Origin: a virus
Taxonomy: Duplodnaviria; Caudoviricetes
IMG/VR virus record: IMGVR_UViG_3300047560_000348
Location: 4,136 to 68,135 of that record
Direction: 5' to 3' (one strand)
DNA length: 64,000 nucleotides
The position numbers and the translations under genes were made by a program. Below are positions 31,815 through 41,982 of the stretch, in pieces. The notes under the pieces are model-generated. The model saw only the letters and a program-made list of their open reading frames with translations, had not been told where the DNA came from and ran no database searches. Position 1 is the first letter of the stretch; each line of letters opens with the position of its first letter.

Positions 31815-34800
31815 TCATATCTCTTGTTGATTTCATCTTCTTTCCAAGAAATTTCTTGTAGGCCAGCTTCGTAACCTTGAATTTGATAATTAATCTTAGC
31901 AATGTCTTCTTCTGCCTGCTTGACAATATCCTTGTCATTCTTCATCTTGGCATCGTACTTGATTTCAATTGCTTCTTTTTGTGCAGTAAATGCTTCTTGT
32001 ACCTTACCGTAAGCTTCATCAATCTTAGCCTGCATGCCTTCTGGGGTAGACATTTCAATTTCAAGCTTGATCTTTGCTTGTTCACGAACCTTTGCTAGTG
32101 CTGCAGCAAACTGTTCTGCACCAATCTTGCCACTTGCAAATGCAAACATAAAATCTTCATTACCAAGCAATGCCTGAATCTCTTCTAGGCTTGCTCCCAT
32201 TGCTGTCAGCTTTGATGTAACTGTTAGCTGATCCTTCATTGCCTTAGTAGCATCATCCATGTTTCTGCTGAATGTTGTCCAAGAGTTAGCCTTTAGTTGC
32301 TTTTCAAGCTCTTTAATCTTGTCAACGATCTGCTTGATCTGTCCCTTGGTTTTTGCTGCTGCAAGCCCAGCTGCAATAGTTGCATCATTAGCATACTTCC
32401 AAGATGTTGCAATACTTAGCCCAGCAGTCTTTAGTTTGCTGTAAGCTGTCATCAAATTCTTTGATTCTTTAATCTGACTCTTTAGTGAGTCAATAGCGTC
32501 CTTAAAAGGATTCTCTTTGCTTCCACCAGATGATGCATTAATTTTTGCTAATGTTGCCAGCTGATTCTTTAATTGAGCTACCTGATCTGCTGCAAGTCCT
32601 GCTGCAACTGCAGCTTGAACAGAGGCATCACCCATTAGTGATACTGCATCTGCTGCAGCAAAACCAGCCTTAACAAGACCATAGTATGTATCAATTTGTG
32701 CCTGGTTATTTGCAATAAGGTCCTGCATTCCAGCCTTAGCTTCTGCTGATGCATCAGATTTATTCTTGGCATCTTGTGCAGCCTGTGCTGCATAGAGAGC
32801 ATCTGTTAATTCTTTTGTAGTAACCGTTTGGCTGTTAATTTTCTTTTCTAGTTCAGGAGAGATGTTTCCAGATAGGGCTAGCTTGAGTAGCAAGATTTGC
32901 TTACCTGCATCGCTAGTCTTCTTAATCATGTCTGGAAGTTTTCCTCCAACTTCCTTTGCAATTGCACTAATTGCATTACCCTTGGCAGCACCCTTAAGCT
33001 TGTTCAAAGGATTGATAAGACCTTCAATACCCTTCTTATATGTTGCTAAAGCATTCTTGTCTTTGCTTGTGTCAAACTGGTTCTTTAGTGCTTGAGCACC
33101 ACCCTTTACCTGACCAGCAAGCAGTGCCTCTGATCTTCTAGTCTCTGTGCTTCTAAGATCCATACCAGCCATGCTGCCACCACGACCATAGTACATGTAC
33201 CCAGAAGACATACCAGAAGAAGCACCAAGTTGTCCACCACCATACAAAGATGCTCCCTGTCCAGATACAGTCTTATCTTTTGCTGCTGTCTTTCCATATG
33301 CATCTACTGTTTTAGAAATACCATCACCAAGTGCTTGTACGTTATCCGCATTTGGCTTAAACATATTTCCAATAATTTCTTTACCAACATTAATCTTTTT
33401 TAACTTTGGATCGTCTGCTGCATCAATTAGGGTCTGAATAAAAGCAGTTGTCATTTCTTCTGTAGAGCCACTGAGGGCTTGCTTCCTTGCCTCAGACTGA
33501 AGGGCTGCCATTGCCTGCTGCTTACTTCCACCCTTAAGACCATTAATTTCTGCCTCATAGTCTGAAGCAAATGACTTTAGCTTGTCAGCACGTGTGTCGC
33601 CTTCGTATTGACTTAATCCCTTATCCTGTGCCTTTTGTTGCTGAGCACTTTGATATCCTCCACCAATCATTCCGCCAAAATCAGTGTCAGCTGCAAAAGC
33701 TATACCAAAGTCAGAAGCAAATTTATTTAGCTTTTCTGAAGCAATATTAGCTGCATCACCAAGACCAGTAATCTTTTGTTCTTGCTCTTTTGCAAGATTC
33801 ATTAGCCATGAAATACCTTCAAATGCTGCTATTGCAACACCAATCCATCCTGCTAACTTGAAGAACTTAGGGGCTAGCTCAAAGATTCCCTTTCCAAGCT
33901 GGCCAATACCTTTAAAGATTCCATTGTTCTTAAACATTCCTGCAACATCTAGTCCACCTAGTCCACCCATAAAGTTTTGAATGCCCTTGAGTTGTGACAG
34001 CTGACTCCAAGCAGCAGAAAGACCAAATGCAATATTTGAAAGATTTGTTAGGGCAGCTCCAGTTGATCCAAGATCTACACCAAACATCTGCATGCCAAGG
34101 CTAACTGTGCTTATGATTCCAGAGAAGCCCATGATCTTTCCGTTAAGACCACTAAAAGTTTTTGCTAGTCTAGAACTTTCTTGAGATGCTTCCTTTGTTC
34201 CCACTCCAAGCTTAGCCTGTACACCAGAAGGAATGTTTTCAACACTGCCAAACTTTCTTCTAGCTGCTTTAAGTGCTGGAGTAATCTCTGCATTTCCATA
34301 TAGGGATGCTCTTGAAGCAGCACCTCTAGCAAGTGCATCTCCAGCCTGTTCACCAACAGCTTGTGCATCATCAATTTTAGATTTGGCTCCGTCAAGATAT
34401 CCTTGTCCAGAGTTTTCTCCAAGCACATGTGCTTCTCTTGATGGTGATGCTTGGTCTGTTACCTTTACAACACCATCGTGGAATCCTTGCATAATGCTTT
34501 CTGGAATGTCAATGCCAAGCTTTCTAGCTTCTTGTTCAAGCATTGCAAGACGCTTAACAGCATCTCCTTCTTGAATAATCGCATCTGAAATGCTTGCATC
34601 AATCTTTCTGATTTCATCGAATACCTTGACTTGAGCATCAGAGAAGTATCTTCTTGAAACATCTGACCATGGAGACTTTTCTGGTGTTTCAGAGTATGCA
34701 ACTCCAGCACTATAGTTCTTTGTTCTCTGGGTTGAGCCCTTATAGAATGGTGATGCAGACGATCTATCTGTAATTCCTAGTCGAGTAATCTCTCCATTCT

Positions 34801-37555
34801 TACCCCTCTTTTCTGATGCAAATCCAGAAATTTGAGATAGCTCATCATAGGCCTTCTTGAGATTCTTGTTGCCGTTAGAAACTGTTTCGTATGCTTTTTG
34901 TATTACTGAGTCTAGGTCTTCTCCAGTCATCAGGACTTCGTCACCAAACTCTGAAAGTCCCTTGTCTACTTCATCTGCCAATTCTTTAAGTAGAGACTTA
35001 ATCTCTTCATCAGCTACACCGTTTTTCTTTAGCTGAGCAGCCATTGCACCATGTGCAGCACCTCTAGATTTGCCGAACTCATCCTTAACAGCTTTGGCTT
35101 CTATGCCTCCACCCTTGCCAGATTGTCCAAAAAGGTTATTTAGCTTGCTAGACATATTTACAACACGGTTGTCGTAAGCCTGGAATACGTGATCAAGAAC
35201 TTGATCGAATGTCATTCCTAGATGTCTTGCCTGTTCTTCAAGCTTTGCGGTTATTGTTTCAAATAGCTTGCTGCCCTGTTGTGCAGTAGATAATAACTCT
35301 GCACCAGTTCTTTGCTGGAAGCCAGAGAAGTGTGCCTGCTGATATCCAGATGATGCTGTTCTTTGGTGTCTTCCACCATCGCCTGCAACACCCTGATTAG
35401 CATATCCAGGAACTTGAATCTTTTGTCCAGTCAACAATGCATCAACAACTGCTGGGTTGTCCTTAACAGTTTCTACTGAAAGAACTACCTCACCATTAGA
35501 TAGGTTTGCAGGAATAGCATCATCTTTTGGACCACCAGGACCCTTAACTACAATTCCACCATCTGCAAAGTTTTGGGCTTTTCTATTGCCTGCAGCCCTA
35601 ACTCCACCCATACGTGATTGTGCAACTACAGCTCTTTCTGTAGCAATTCTTAGCTGGTCAATTGCTGCAGCTTCTGAGGTAAAGGTTTGAATAAGCTTTG
35701 AGTGAACTTGATCAAGAGAAGCAGCAACTGTTGCAGCCTCAAGCTGCTCAGTTGACATATACTGGGTTTGCTCTCCAAGATCGTTAGTGTCTGACTTAAG
35801 TCCTAGAATGCGTTGTCTTAAGAATAGGAAACCCTTCATAGCATTTGCGAGGGCGTTAGCAATCAAACCGAATGTCATAATAAATACTGGTGCTAGACCA
35901 CCTACCACACCAACAAGAATAGTAACAAATCTCTTAGAACCATCTGACATATTATTAAACAAGTCAAGAATCTTTGTTCCAAAATCGATTAGTGGAGTTA
36001 CCATCTTCATGAACTCTTCACCGACAGGTGCCATAGAGGCTTTAAACTTTTCGATTGATTGCTGGAACTTATATAGAGGTGAATTCTCTACTTGTTGTAA
36101 TTCTTTTCTAGACATAGCTGCAAGCTGAGCAGCTGACATCTGACTTAACTCAAGTGCTCTAGATGCTTGAGTTCCATCTTTAGAAATATTTTGAAGCAGT
36201 GTAGAGATACGAGCAAACTGGAATTTACCAAACATCTTCTCAATTGCTTGGGCTCTTGTTGTAGGGTCTAGGGTATCTAATGCTTTAGAGAAGTCTCTTA
36301 CAAGTCCAGAAACATTACCCTGATTTTTTGAAATTAAATCTTTTAGATTAATTCCATAATTCATAAGCATGGCAGAAGATGCTTTAGTTGGGTTAATAAG
36401 AGATGCAATACCAGACTTTAGAGCGTTTGCACCTTCAGATGCATTGATTCCACCCTCTTTCATGGCAGTCATAAATACTGCAAGGTCTTCAACATCTCCA
36501 CCAAGTTGCTTAATTACTGGACCAGCTTTAGGGATAGCAACTGTTAGGTCTTCAATAGATAGTACAGTTTGGTTTTCAACAGCGTTAAGGTAGTCAACTT
36601 TTCTAGCAAGATTTTCTGTGCTGTATCCAAATGTATTGGTAAGTGTAATAGTTGTTTCTAATGCCTGCTGTTGGTCTACCCCACCAAGTACTGACAAGGT
36701 GCTTGCTTGAGATATCTGACCAAGAAGGTCTGCACCAGTCTTACCCATAGCAGCAGCTTTACCAGCAAGCTCCATGGTATCTTTGAGTGCAACTCCATAC
36801 TTTGTAAACTCTAGACCAAGTCTTTGAATCTGCTTGATCATGCCCTCTGTTTCGGCATTTGAAGTTGTTGCATCTCCATAAACACGTCTAAACTTAATGG
36901 CTGCTTCTTCCATCTCTTTGTACATCTGAGCAGCCTTGCTTCCAAAGATTGAGAGTGGAATTGTAAAACCAACCATAAGCTGACGACCAGCCCACTGTGT
37001 ATTCTTACCAAAGTTAAGAAGTTGTGTAGAACCTTGCTTTAGAATCTGGTTAAATATTTGTGTACGCTGGGCAGCAATTTGAGTTTTTGTTCCAAGATTC
37101 TCCATGTCAAGAGCGAGTGGTCTAATAGCAATTGCTTTAAGAGCACCCTGAGCATCACGACCAAGGGATACGTATTGTGTCTGTAGGTCTTTTACACGTT
37201 CACGTGCAACCTTGTTTATTGTTTCAAACTCAGACTGGAAGTACTTTGAAAATGACTTGCTGGCACCCATTCCGTAACGGAAATATTCGCCAAGAGAAAG
37301 TTTATTCTTTTCTAGTGATCTAGTAAAGTAATCAGCTGTTGATGAGATTTCTTTAATGCTTGCAGAAAACTTTCCTGTAGCATTGATGTCATCAATAAAT
37401 GCTTTTTGTAAATTTTTGGCAGCTAAAACGTTTGCTCTAGAAGATGCTGCCATCTCCTTTTGAAAAGCTGATATCTGTGACTGCAGTGCCTTAATAGACG
37501 CTACAGCACTAGCGGTATCAATATTAACATTTATATTTGATTGGATATCAGCCAT
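31727..37555 (-). CDS. Tape measure protein (main part, frameshifted near 31812)
   Basis: 1942 aa, helical and Ala-rich; TP901-type core (LNAVENQT..SIEDL...GGINASEGANALKS); follows the tail chaperones. Confidence 0.9.
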   Translation of the reverse strand: MADIQSNINVNIDTASAVASIKALQSQISAFQKEMAASSRANVLAAKNLQKAFIDDINATGKFSASIKEISSTADYFTRSLEKNKLSLGEYFRYGMGASKSFSKYFQSEFETINKVARERVKDLQTQYVSLGRDAQGALKAIAIRPLALDMENLGTKTQIAAQRTQIFNQILKQGSTQLLNFGKNTQWAGRQLMVGFTIPLSIFGSKAAQMYKEMEEAAIKFRRVYGDATTSNAETEGMIKQIQRLGLEFTKYGVALKDTMELAGKAAAMGKTGADLLGQISQASTLSVLGGVDQQQALETTITLTNTFGYSTENLARKVDYLNAVENQTVLSIEDLTVAIPKAGPVIKQLGGDVEDLAVFMTAMKEGGINASEGANALKSGIASLINPTKASSAMLMNYGINLKDLISKNQGNVSGLVRDFSKALDTLDPTTRAQAIEKMFGKFQFARISTLLQNISKDGTQASRALELSQMSAAQLAAMSRKELQQVENSPLYKFQQSIEKFKASMAPVGEEFMKMVTPLIDFGTKILDLFNNMSDGSKRFVTILVGVVGGLAPVFIMTFGLIANALANAMKGFLFLRQRILGLKSDTNDLGEQTQYMSTEQLEAATVAASLDQVHSKLIQTFTSEAAAIDQLRIATERAVVAQSRMGGVRAAGNRKAQNFADGGIVVKGPGGPKDDAIPANLSNGEVVLSVETVKDNPAVVDALLTGQKIQVPGYANQGVAGDGGRHQRTASSGYQQAHFSGFQQRTGAELLSTAQQGSKLFETITAKLEEQARHLGMTFDQVLDHVFQAYDNRVVNMSSKLNNLFGQSGKGGGIEAKAVKDEFGKSRGAAHGAMAAQLKKNGVADEEIKSLLKELADEVDKGLSEFGDEVLMTGEDLDSVIQKAYETVSNGNKNLKKAYDELSQISGFASEKRGKNGEITRLGITDRSSASPFYKGSTQRTKNYSAGVAYSETPEKSPWSDVSRRYFSDAQVKVFDEIRKIDASISDAIIQEGDAVKRLAMLEQEARKLGIDIPESIMQGFHDGVVKVTDQASPSREAHVLGENSGQGYLDGAKSKIDDAQAVGEQAGDALARGAASRASLYGNAEITPALKAARRKFGSVENIPSGVQAKLGVGTKEASQESSRLAKTFSGLNGKIMGFSGIISTVSLGMQMFGVDLGSTGAALTNLSNIAFGLSAAWSQLSQLKGIQNFMGGLGGLDVAGMFKNNGIFKGIGQLGKGIFELAPKFFKLAGWIGVAIAAFEGISWLMNLAKEQEQKITGLGDAANIASEKLNKFASDFGIAFAADTDFGGMIGGGYQSAQQQKAQDKGLSQYEGDTRADKLKSFASDYEAEINGLKGGSKQQAMAALQSEARKQALSGSTEEMTTAFIQTLIDAADDPKLKKINVGKEIIGNMFKPNADNVQALGDGISKTVDAYGKTAAKDKTVSGQGASLYGGGQLGASSGMSSGYMYYGRGGSMAGMDLRSTETRRSEALLAGQVKGGAQALKNQFDTSKDKNALATYKKGIEGLINPLNKLKGAAKGNAISAIAKEVGGKLPDMIKKTSDAGKQILLLKLALSGNISPELEKKINSQTVTTKELTDALYAAQAAQDAKNKSDASAEAKAGMQDLIANNQAQIDTYYGLVKAGFAAADAVSLMGDASVQAAVAAGLAADQVAQLKNQLATLAKINASSGGSKENPFKDAIDSLKSQIKESKNLMTAYSKLKTAGLSIATSWKYANDATIAAGLAAAKTKGQIKQIVDKIKELEKQLKANSWTTFSRNMDDATKAMKDQLTVTSKLTAMGASLEEIQALLGNEDFMFAFASGKIGAEQFAAALAKVREQAKIKLEIEMSTPEGMQAKIDEAYGKVQEAFTAQKEAIEIKYDAKMKNDKDIVKQAEEDIAKINYQIQGYEAGLQEISWKEDEINKRYEELKLLIRFKKLMKKLLGSKSLSLQLQML

Positions 37556-37573
37556 TCAAACGAAGCTCCTCTA

Positions 37574-37876
37574 TTACTGAAGCCCTGTAAAGCCCTGTTC
37601 TGCCAGGTTTGATCCAGAAGCCTCTTCGATAATTCTGTAGACTGTAGGCAAGTCAATGTTATCTTCAAGCTTTGCCTTGTCATCTGCAATCTCTGGTGCA
37701 TACTGTTGCATTGCAATCTGTACGCATTCCATTAGCAAATCCATAGACTTACCGTTGTCGTCTGCCACCTTTGGCAGTCCTTCAAACTTTTTCATGAACT
37801 GTCTAAGTAGCGAAACCTTTAGTGGTCTAATGGCTACTTCAGTTCCATCGATGAGTGTGATTTTGTTATCTGACAC
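37574..37876 (-). CDS. Tail assembly chaperone, short (G-like)
   Basis: AGGAGG RBS and GTG start; lies between major tail and tape measure; homologous to the N-terminus of 37926..38621. Confidence 0.7.
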   Translation of the reverse strand: MSDNKITLIDGTEVAIRPLKVSLLRQFMKKFEGLPKVADDNGKSMDLLMECVQIAMQQYAPEIADDKAKLEDNIDLPTVYRIIEEASGSNLAEQGFTGLQ

Positions 37877-37906
37877 TGTTCCTCCTAAGAACTTTTTGAT
37901 TATTTT

Positions 37907-37915
37907 ATTATATCA
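37907..37915 (-). promoter_or_regulatory. Extended -10 promoter TGATATAAT
   Basis: Intergenic copy of the recurring TGnTA(T/C/A)A(A/C)T motif. Confidence 0.65.
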
Positions 37916-37925
37916 TACAAAGGCA

Positions 37926-38621
37926 TTAATTTTGGCGTAAATCTTCATAGTCAAGACCCATACCAATGCCAAATCCAGCCTTGTTTGCATTTACTCCTTG
38001 ATATGCAAGTATATCATTTTCATTGGTAGCTTGTCCACCACTAAATACCCTTGCCTTCATGGCTTCCCAAGGATCTTGCTCTTTTCTGCCAGTTTGTTCG
38101 TCCAAGTCAACACCCTGCAACGCAGCCAAGAATTTTTGCTCGTCATACTCTTTGTTTCTCTTGGCATCAAGAATTGCTATTAGTTCTGGCATAGAGATGG
38201 AGGATTCTAGTTCTTCATAGTCGGTCCAAATTCCAAGCATAAATGCCTCTGATTCTAAGGAAACCAAATCAAGCGAATCCCACTTGTTTCCTTCTTCGTC
38301 ATTACTTGCTTGCTCACTAACTTCTACATCATTATCTTCAATGTTAATATTGGCAGCAAACCTAAGTGCACCATACAGATTTTCCATGTCGAAGTTATCT
38401 TCAATATCTTGTATTGACACCAGTTCTGGACAAAATTCCTTCATGGCTATTCTGACACATTCACAAACAAAAGATAGGGCTTGGTCATCGTCCTGAGACG
38501 ATTTGATAAATTGGAATGCATCCATAAATTCTCTAAGGTATTTAAGCTTTAATGGTTTAACATTAATAATCTTACCATTGATAGTTTCTACATACCCTGT
38601 TTTATACACCTGAGTTGCCAT
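37926..38621 (-). CDS. Tail assembly chaperone, long (GT-like)
   Basis: G-like N-terminal domain, acidic linker, C-terminal domain (LGIWTDYEELESSISMPEL...FLAALQGVDL). Confidence 0.7.
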   Translation of the reverse strand: MATQVYKTGYVETINGKIINVKPLKLKYLREFMDAFQFIKSSQDDDQALSFVCECVRIAMKEFCPELVSIQDIEDNFDMENLYGALRFAANINIEDNDVEVSEQASNDEEGNKWDSLDLVSLESEAFMLGIWTDYEELESSISMPELIAILDAKRNKEYDEQKFLAALQGVDLDEQTGRKEQDPWEAMKARVFSGGQATNENDILAYQGVNANKAGFGIGMGLDYEDLRQN

Positions 38622-38628
38622 ATCTAAT

Positions 38629-38637
38629 ATTATAGCA
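38629..38637 (-). promoter_or_regulatory. Extended -10 promoter TGCTATAAT, probably driving a leaderless mRNA
   Basis: 7 nt upstream of ATG 38621 with no Shine-Dalgarno. Confidence 0.65.
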
Positions 38638-38674
38638 AAAAAAGCAAAACCGCCCAGAGGTTTTCTGAGCGGTT
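38637..38674 (-). terminator. Rho-independent terminator after the major tail gene
   Basis: Minus strand AACCGCTCAGA-AAACC-TCTGGGCGGTT followed by TTGCTTTTTTT. Confidence 0.8.
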
Positions 38675-38700
38675 AGCTTTTTACTGTATTAAGTTATATT

Positions 38701-39330
38701 TTAGTATGTACGATCAACGATCTTACCGTATGATCCGCTGTTGTTTGGAAGCAAGCGGAATGATACTTGGAATTCAGTTGCTGCGTCACGCTTGGCTGCT
38801 ACTGTAACGCTATCGATTGATAGTGCACGGTATGCAACGTATACTCTTTCCTCATTTGCAGCACAGTCTCCTGTACCAGGACCAACAGCGATGAGACCAC
38901 GCTCTACTGGACATTCACCGATGTCACCAGCAGATAGGTTCAAAGTCTGTGTTCCAGTACCAGAAGTAAGGTTTGTACCCTTGCTTGCAAGCGAGAACAA
39001 GAGATTCTCAAGTGTGGCCTCAGCAAATGTGGTGTTAAGGTTGACCTTCATGCCTTGCTTAAATAGCTTGGCAGCGTCAAGAACCTGGTCCACTGAAACT
39101 TCTGCGAAGTCAGGCTGGAACTGGAGTTCAAGACCGTTTGTTGTGTAACCTACGTTACGGAAGCCTTCACCGTCTCCACCTACGCCATTGTCAGAAAGGG
39201 TATCCTTGAAGGATGTTCCTGAGCTAGGGAATGTAGGAGTTAGAGAGTCTGTAAGCTCGCCGTCCTCGTAAGTCCAAAGTGCAGCTGCACCAACGATGAT
39301 GTTAGCACTTGTACCACGTGTGTATGCCAT
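38701..39330 (-). CDS. Major tail (tube) protein
   Basis: NIIVGAA, VGYTTNGLEL, V.VDQ..D, TFAEATLENL; strong RBS and downstream terminator; precedes chaperones and tape measure. Confidence 0.82.
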   Translation of the reverse strand: MAYTRGTSANIIVGAAALWTYEDGELTDSLTPTFPSSGTSFKDTLSDNGVGGDGEGFRNVGYTTNGLELQFQPDFAEVSVDQVLDAAKLFKQGMKVNLNTTFAEATLENLLFSLASKGTNLTSGTGTQTLNLSAGDIGECPVERGLIAVGPGTGDCAANEERVYVAYRALSIDSVTVAAKRDAATEFQVSFRLLPNNSGSYGKIVDRTY

Positions 39331-39407
39331 ATTTTTTCACCTCTTTTGTATTGAATCAATAGGCGGTTTGTTTCCTCGTTATAAGTATACCGCCCTTTTA
39401 AACTAAA

Positions 39408-39956
39408 CTAACATTTGTGCCAGTCGTAGTCTATTACTATCTTATTTCCAGCATAGGTTCTTGCTGTACCAAAGTCGATAATGTCTCTGGTTTCTTGGAT
39501 CTGATATACCCTCATTCTGTGGAAAAATACTGGTTCCAGGGGTGTGCCAGCTGCATCTACTAGTGGCTGTTGGCTAGACTGTTTTGCCCTAATCCACTCA
39601 TTTAGCTCTTGTGCTGATTCGTCTTCTCTATCCAGGAAATCTTGTATCTTTTGAGTTGCCTCAATAATAAATACCACTGGTTCTGATCCAGTAGCATAGA
39701 AGTAGTAAAGTAATTGTTCTGATTTGATATGAGGAAATGGAGATCTTCTCATCTTTAGCATTCTGTCATATACAGCAAATTTGCCTTCGTTGGCTGGGAA
39801 CTGCTCAGTTAGGTCATCGATAGCAGTTGGGCTTGTTGGGAAAAATGGAAATGTGTAGTCTCCAGAAAATCCATCTAGTGGATTATCTTTAAAATAACTA
39901 GTTACCTTTTCCTGTAGGTATGCATTAATAAATGCTGGTGGATACTCTATTGCCAT
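39408..39956 (-). CDS. Putative tail terminator / completion protein
   Basis: Position directly upstream of the major tail gene. Confidence 0.5.
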   Translation of the reverse strand: MAIEYPPAFINAYLQEKVTSYFKDNPLDGFSGDYTFPFFPTSPTAIDDLTEQFPANEGKFAVYDRMLKMRRSPFPHIKSEQLLYYFYATGSEPVVFIIEATQKIQDFLDREDESAQELNEWIRAKQSSQQPLVDAAGTPLEPVFFHRMRVYQIQETRDIIDFGTARTYAGNKIVIDYDWHKC

Positions 39957-40627
39957 TATTCAAATACACCTGCCTTAACTATCCATTGGTATCCTGTTGA
40001 ATACCCTGCTGATCTACCTCTTGCTGCTCCTGCTGCTAGATTTTGCTTATAAGCAACTGGAGAGGATAGGTATGCTGATAGACCACTACGGTCCAAATAT
40101 GATTGTGAAAAATATTGCATAAAAGAATCTACTGCACGTGCAAAGCCACCCTGAACTTCTTGACCACCAGGGTTGTTAATGGTAACTGGCTTTTGTGTAA
40201 AAACTGTTTCTCCATTTTGCTCAAAAACAAGAACTTTTTTCTTTGGTCTAATTGTTACAGGAGATCCATCTTCCATGATCTTAGCTTTGTTGTAGAATGG
40301 TGTTCTGGAGCCATTCTTGACTGATACAGACTGTCTAAATGTGCTACCTAAAGATATTCCATTACCAGCAACAAAATATTCTAAATCAAACAATCTAGCA
40401 TCTGGGCTACCAGTCTGATTCCATTCATATACATGGTGAAGCATTTCATGGTCAACTCTAGCCATACTGTCAATATATTGCTTCATTACATCAATAACAG
40501 ACTTGCCAAAGTTCTTATAGAATTCTGTTTTGCCAGATTCGATGCCCTGCAGATATCCCAAAGAGTATTGGATTACATTGTCCATTTCTTTTTGAAACTG
40601 CTTCTGATCAAAGGATATAGATATCAT
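39956..40627 (-). CDS. Putative neck / tail-completion protein
   Basis: Head-tail region synteny; VTIRPK..VLVF...VF..PV.I.NPG motif. Confidence 0.5.
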   Translation of the reverse strand: MISISFDQKQFQKEMDNVIQYSLGYLQGIESGKTEFYKNFGKSVIDVMKQYIDSMARVDHEMLHHVYEWNQTGSPDARLFDLEYFVAGNGISLGSTFRQSVSVKNGSRTPFYNKAKIMEDGSPVTIRPKKKVLVFEQNGETVFTQKPVTINNPGGQEVQGGFARAVDSFMQYFSQSYLDRSGLSAYLSSPVAYKQNLAAGAARGRSAGYSTGYQWIVKAGVFE

Positions 40628-41073
40628 ACATCAACGCCCTGGTTCTCTGATCTTCTAAGAACAACCTTGAAAAATTCCACCTTGCCAAATGGCCCCATTA
40701 CTGGTTCGTGAGATGCTACTTCAAATATTGTAGCTTTGCCATTCCTAACTCCAGATGTTTCCATATAGATCTGATTACAGCTAGCATCCTTAACGTTGCT
40801 GACAACAATGTTTGTTATTGCAGTTCCTGACTCTTGTAAAGAAATTCTTAAATCTGTCTTAACTCTACCTACCAAGATTATATCTTTGTTAATATTAACA
40901 TTTGGAATTACTTCTTCTTTGGCAGATGCTCCTGCTGGACCCAAAAAGCAAGCAATAGTCTTATTGTGAATCCAGTGCTTTTTGACTTGACCATAGGCAC
41001 CTTGTTCGACATTGGGATAAAATATATCCGCTGTCATTGGATACATGAAGTCTGTTGATTCACATGTAGGCAT
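40624..41073 (-). CDS. Putative head-closure (stopper) protein
   Basis: Beta-rich 149 aa following the adaptor. Confidence 0.5.
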   Translation of the reverse strand: MPTCESTDFMYPMTADIFYPNVEQGAYGQVKKHWIHNKTIACFLGPAGASAKEEVIPNVNINKDIILVGRVKTDLRISLQESGTAITNIVVSNVKDASCNQIYMETSGVRNGKATIFEVASHEPVMGPFGKVEFFKVVLRRSENQGVDV

Positions 41074-41981
41074 TACAGGACTCCGACTTTGATGATAGGT
41101 TTCTTATACTTATCAAGTATCTTGTCTACCACCATGTTTCCAGTGCCCTCCAACATAGATTTATCAAACTGAATCTTAAACTGTGTGGAATCATATGATG
41201 CAACATACTTTTCATAGTAATCTAACTTGCCACACTTAATATCTTCTATAAGCATCTTTGTAGCTGCTTCAACGTCTGGTGGGATAGCTCTATAGCCTTC
41301 ATCTAGAACAAATAGATAATCTGCTCCCTTTGCAAATGTTCCATAATTTCTTGCATCATAAACATAATCTCCTTGTGCCATAGGCAAAGATATAGCTTGT
41401 GAAGTAATTAGGTTTGCATTACCAGTCCATTCTTTTACAATAGCAGAGTTGTCTAATGTAACTTTAAATGTGTAAGCATTTGTTTCTGGTGTATCAATAT
41501 CAAAAATTAAAACATTGTTTTCGTATACCTTTAGTACACGGTTTGCATCTTTCCATACTGGCATGTAATCAAGGCCATTTCCAACTACCTGATAAATTGA
41601 CTTGTGATTATAAAAACCATCGCCCATGTATGTGTCAATGAGTGAACGTGCAATTAGTTCATAGGTCTTGTACTGTGACTTTTCTGATGCTGTCTCACCT
41701 AGCTTTGATGGATCAGTATATGGCCTGACGATGTCCAGGTTTTCTTCATAAATAATGTGTTCATGTTCTGCATCATAAAATCTTACCAAGAAGATTCTAT
41801 CGAACTGTACCTTGCTTAATGGCAGTGTATAGCTTACAACGCCATTGGCATCTGAAGTAATTGTGGTTTCTTCTATCGAGTGGTCCACCAAATCCTCAAC
41901 ATAAAGAATGTACGAGTAATTAGCGTCTGGCAAATTCCATGTTGTGGTTAGTGGATATGGTGGAACCCTCAATATTTCCAT
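41073..41981 (-). CDS. Head-to-tail adaptor
   Basis: ARSLIDTY, GYRAIPPDVEAAT, TGN.VVDKILDKY. Confidence 0.7.
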   Translation of the reverse strand: MEILRVPPYPLTTTWNLPDANYSYILYVEDLVDHSIEETTITSDANGVVSYTLPLSKVQFDRIFLVRFYDAEHEHIIYEENLDIVRPYTDPSKLGETASEKSQYKTYELIARSLIDTYMGDGFYNHKSIYQVVGNGLDYMPVWKDANRVLKVYENNVLIFDIDTPETNAYTFKVTLDNSAIVKEWTGNANLITSQAISLPMAQGDYVYDARNYGTFAKGADYLFVLDEGYRAIPPDVEAATKMLIEDIKCGKLDYYEKYVASYDSTQFKIQFDKSMLEGTGNMVVDKILDKYKKPIIKVGVL

Positions 41982-41982
41982 G

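Noticed and set aside
39362-39394. GGCGGT...ACCGCC inverted repeat upstream of the major tail gene
   Set aside because: Only a 6-bp stem with a long loop overlapping a probable -10 box (CGGTATACT); too weak to call a terminator or operator.
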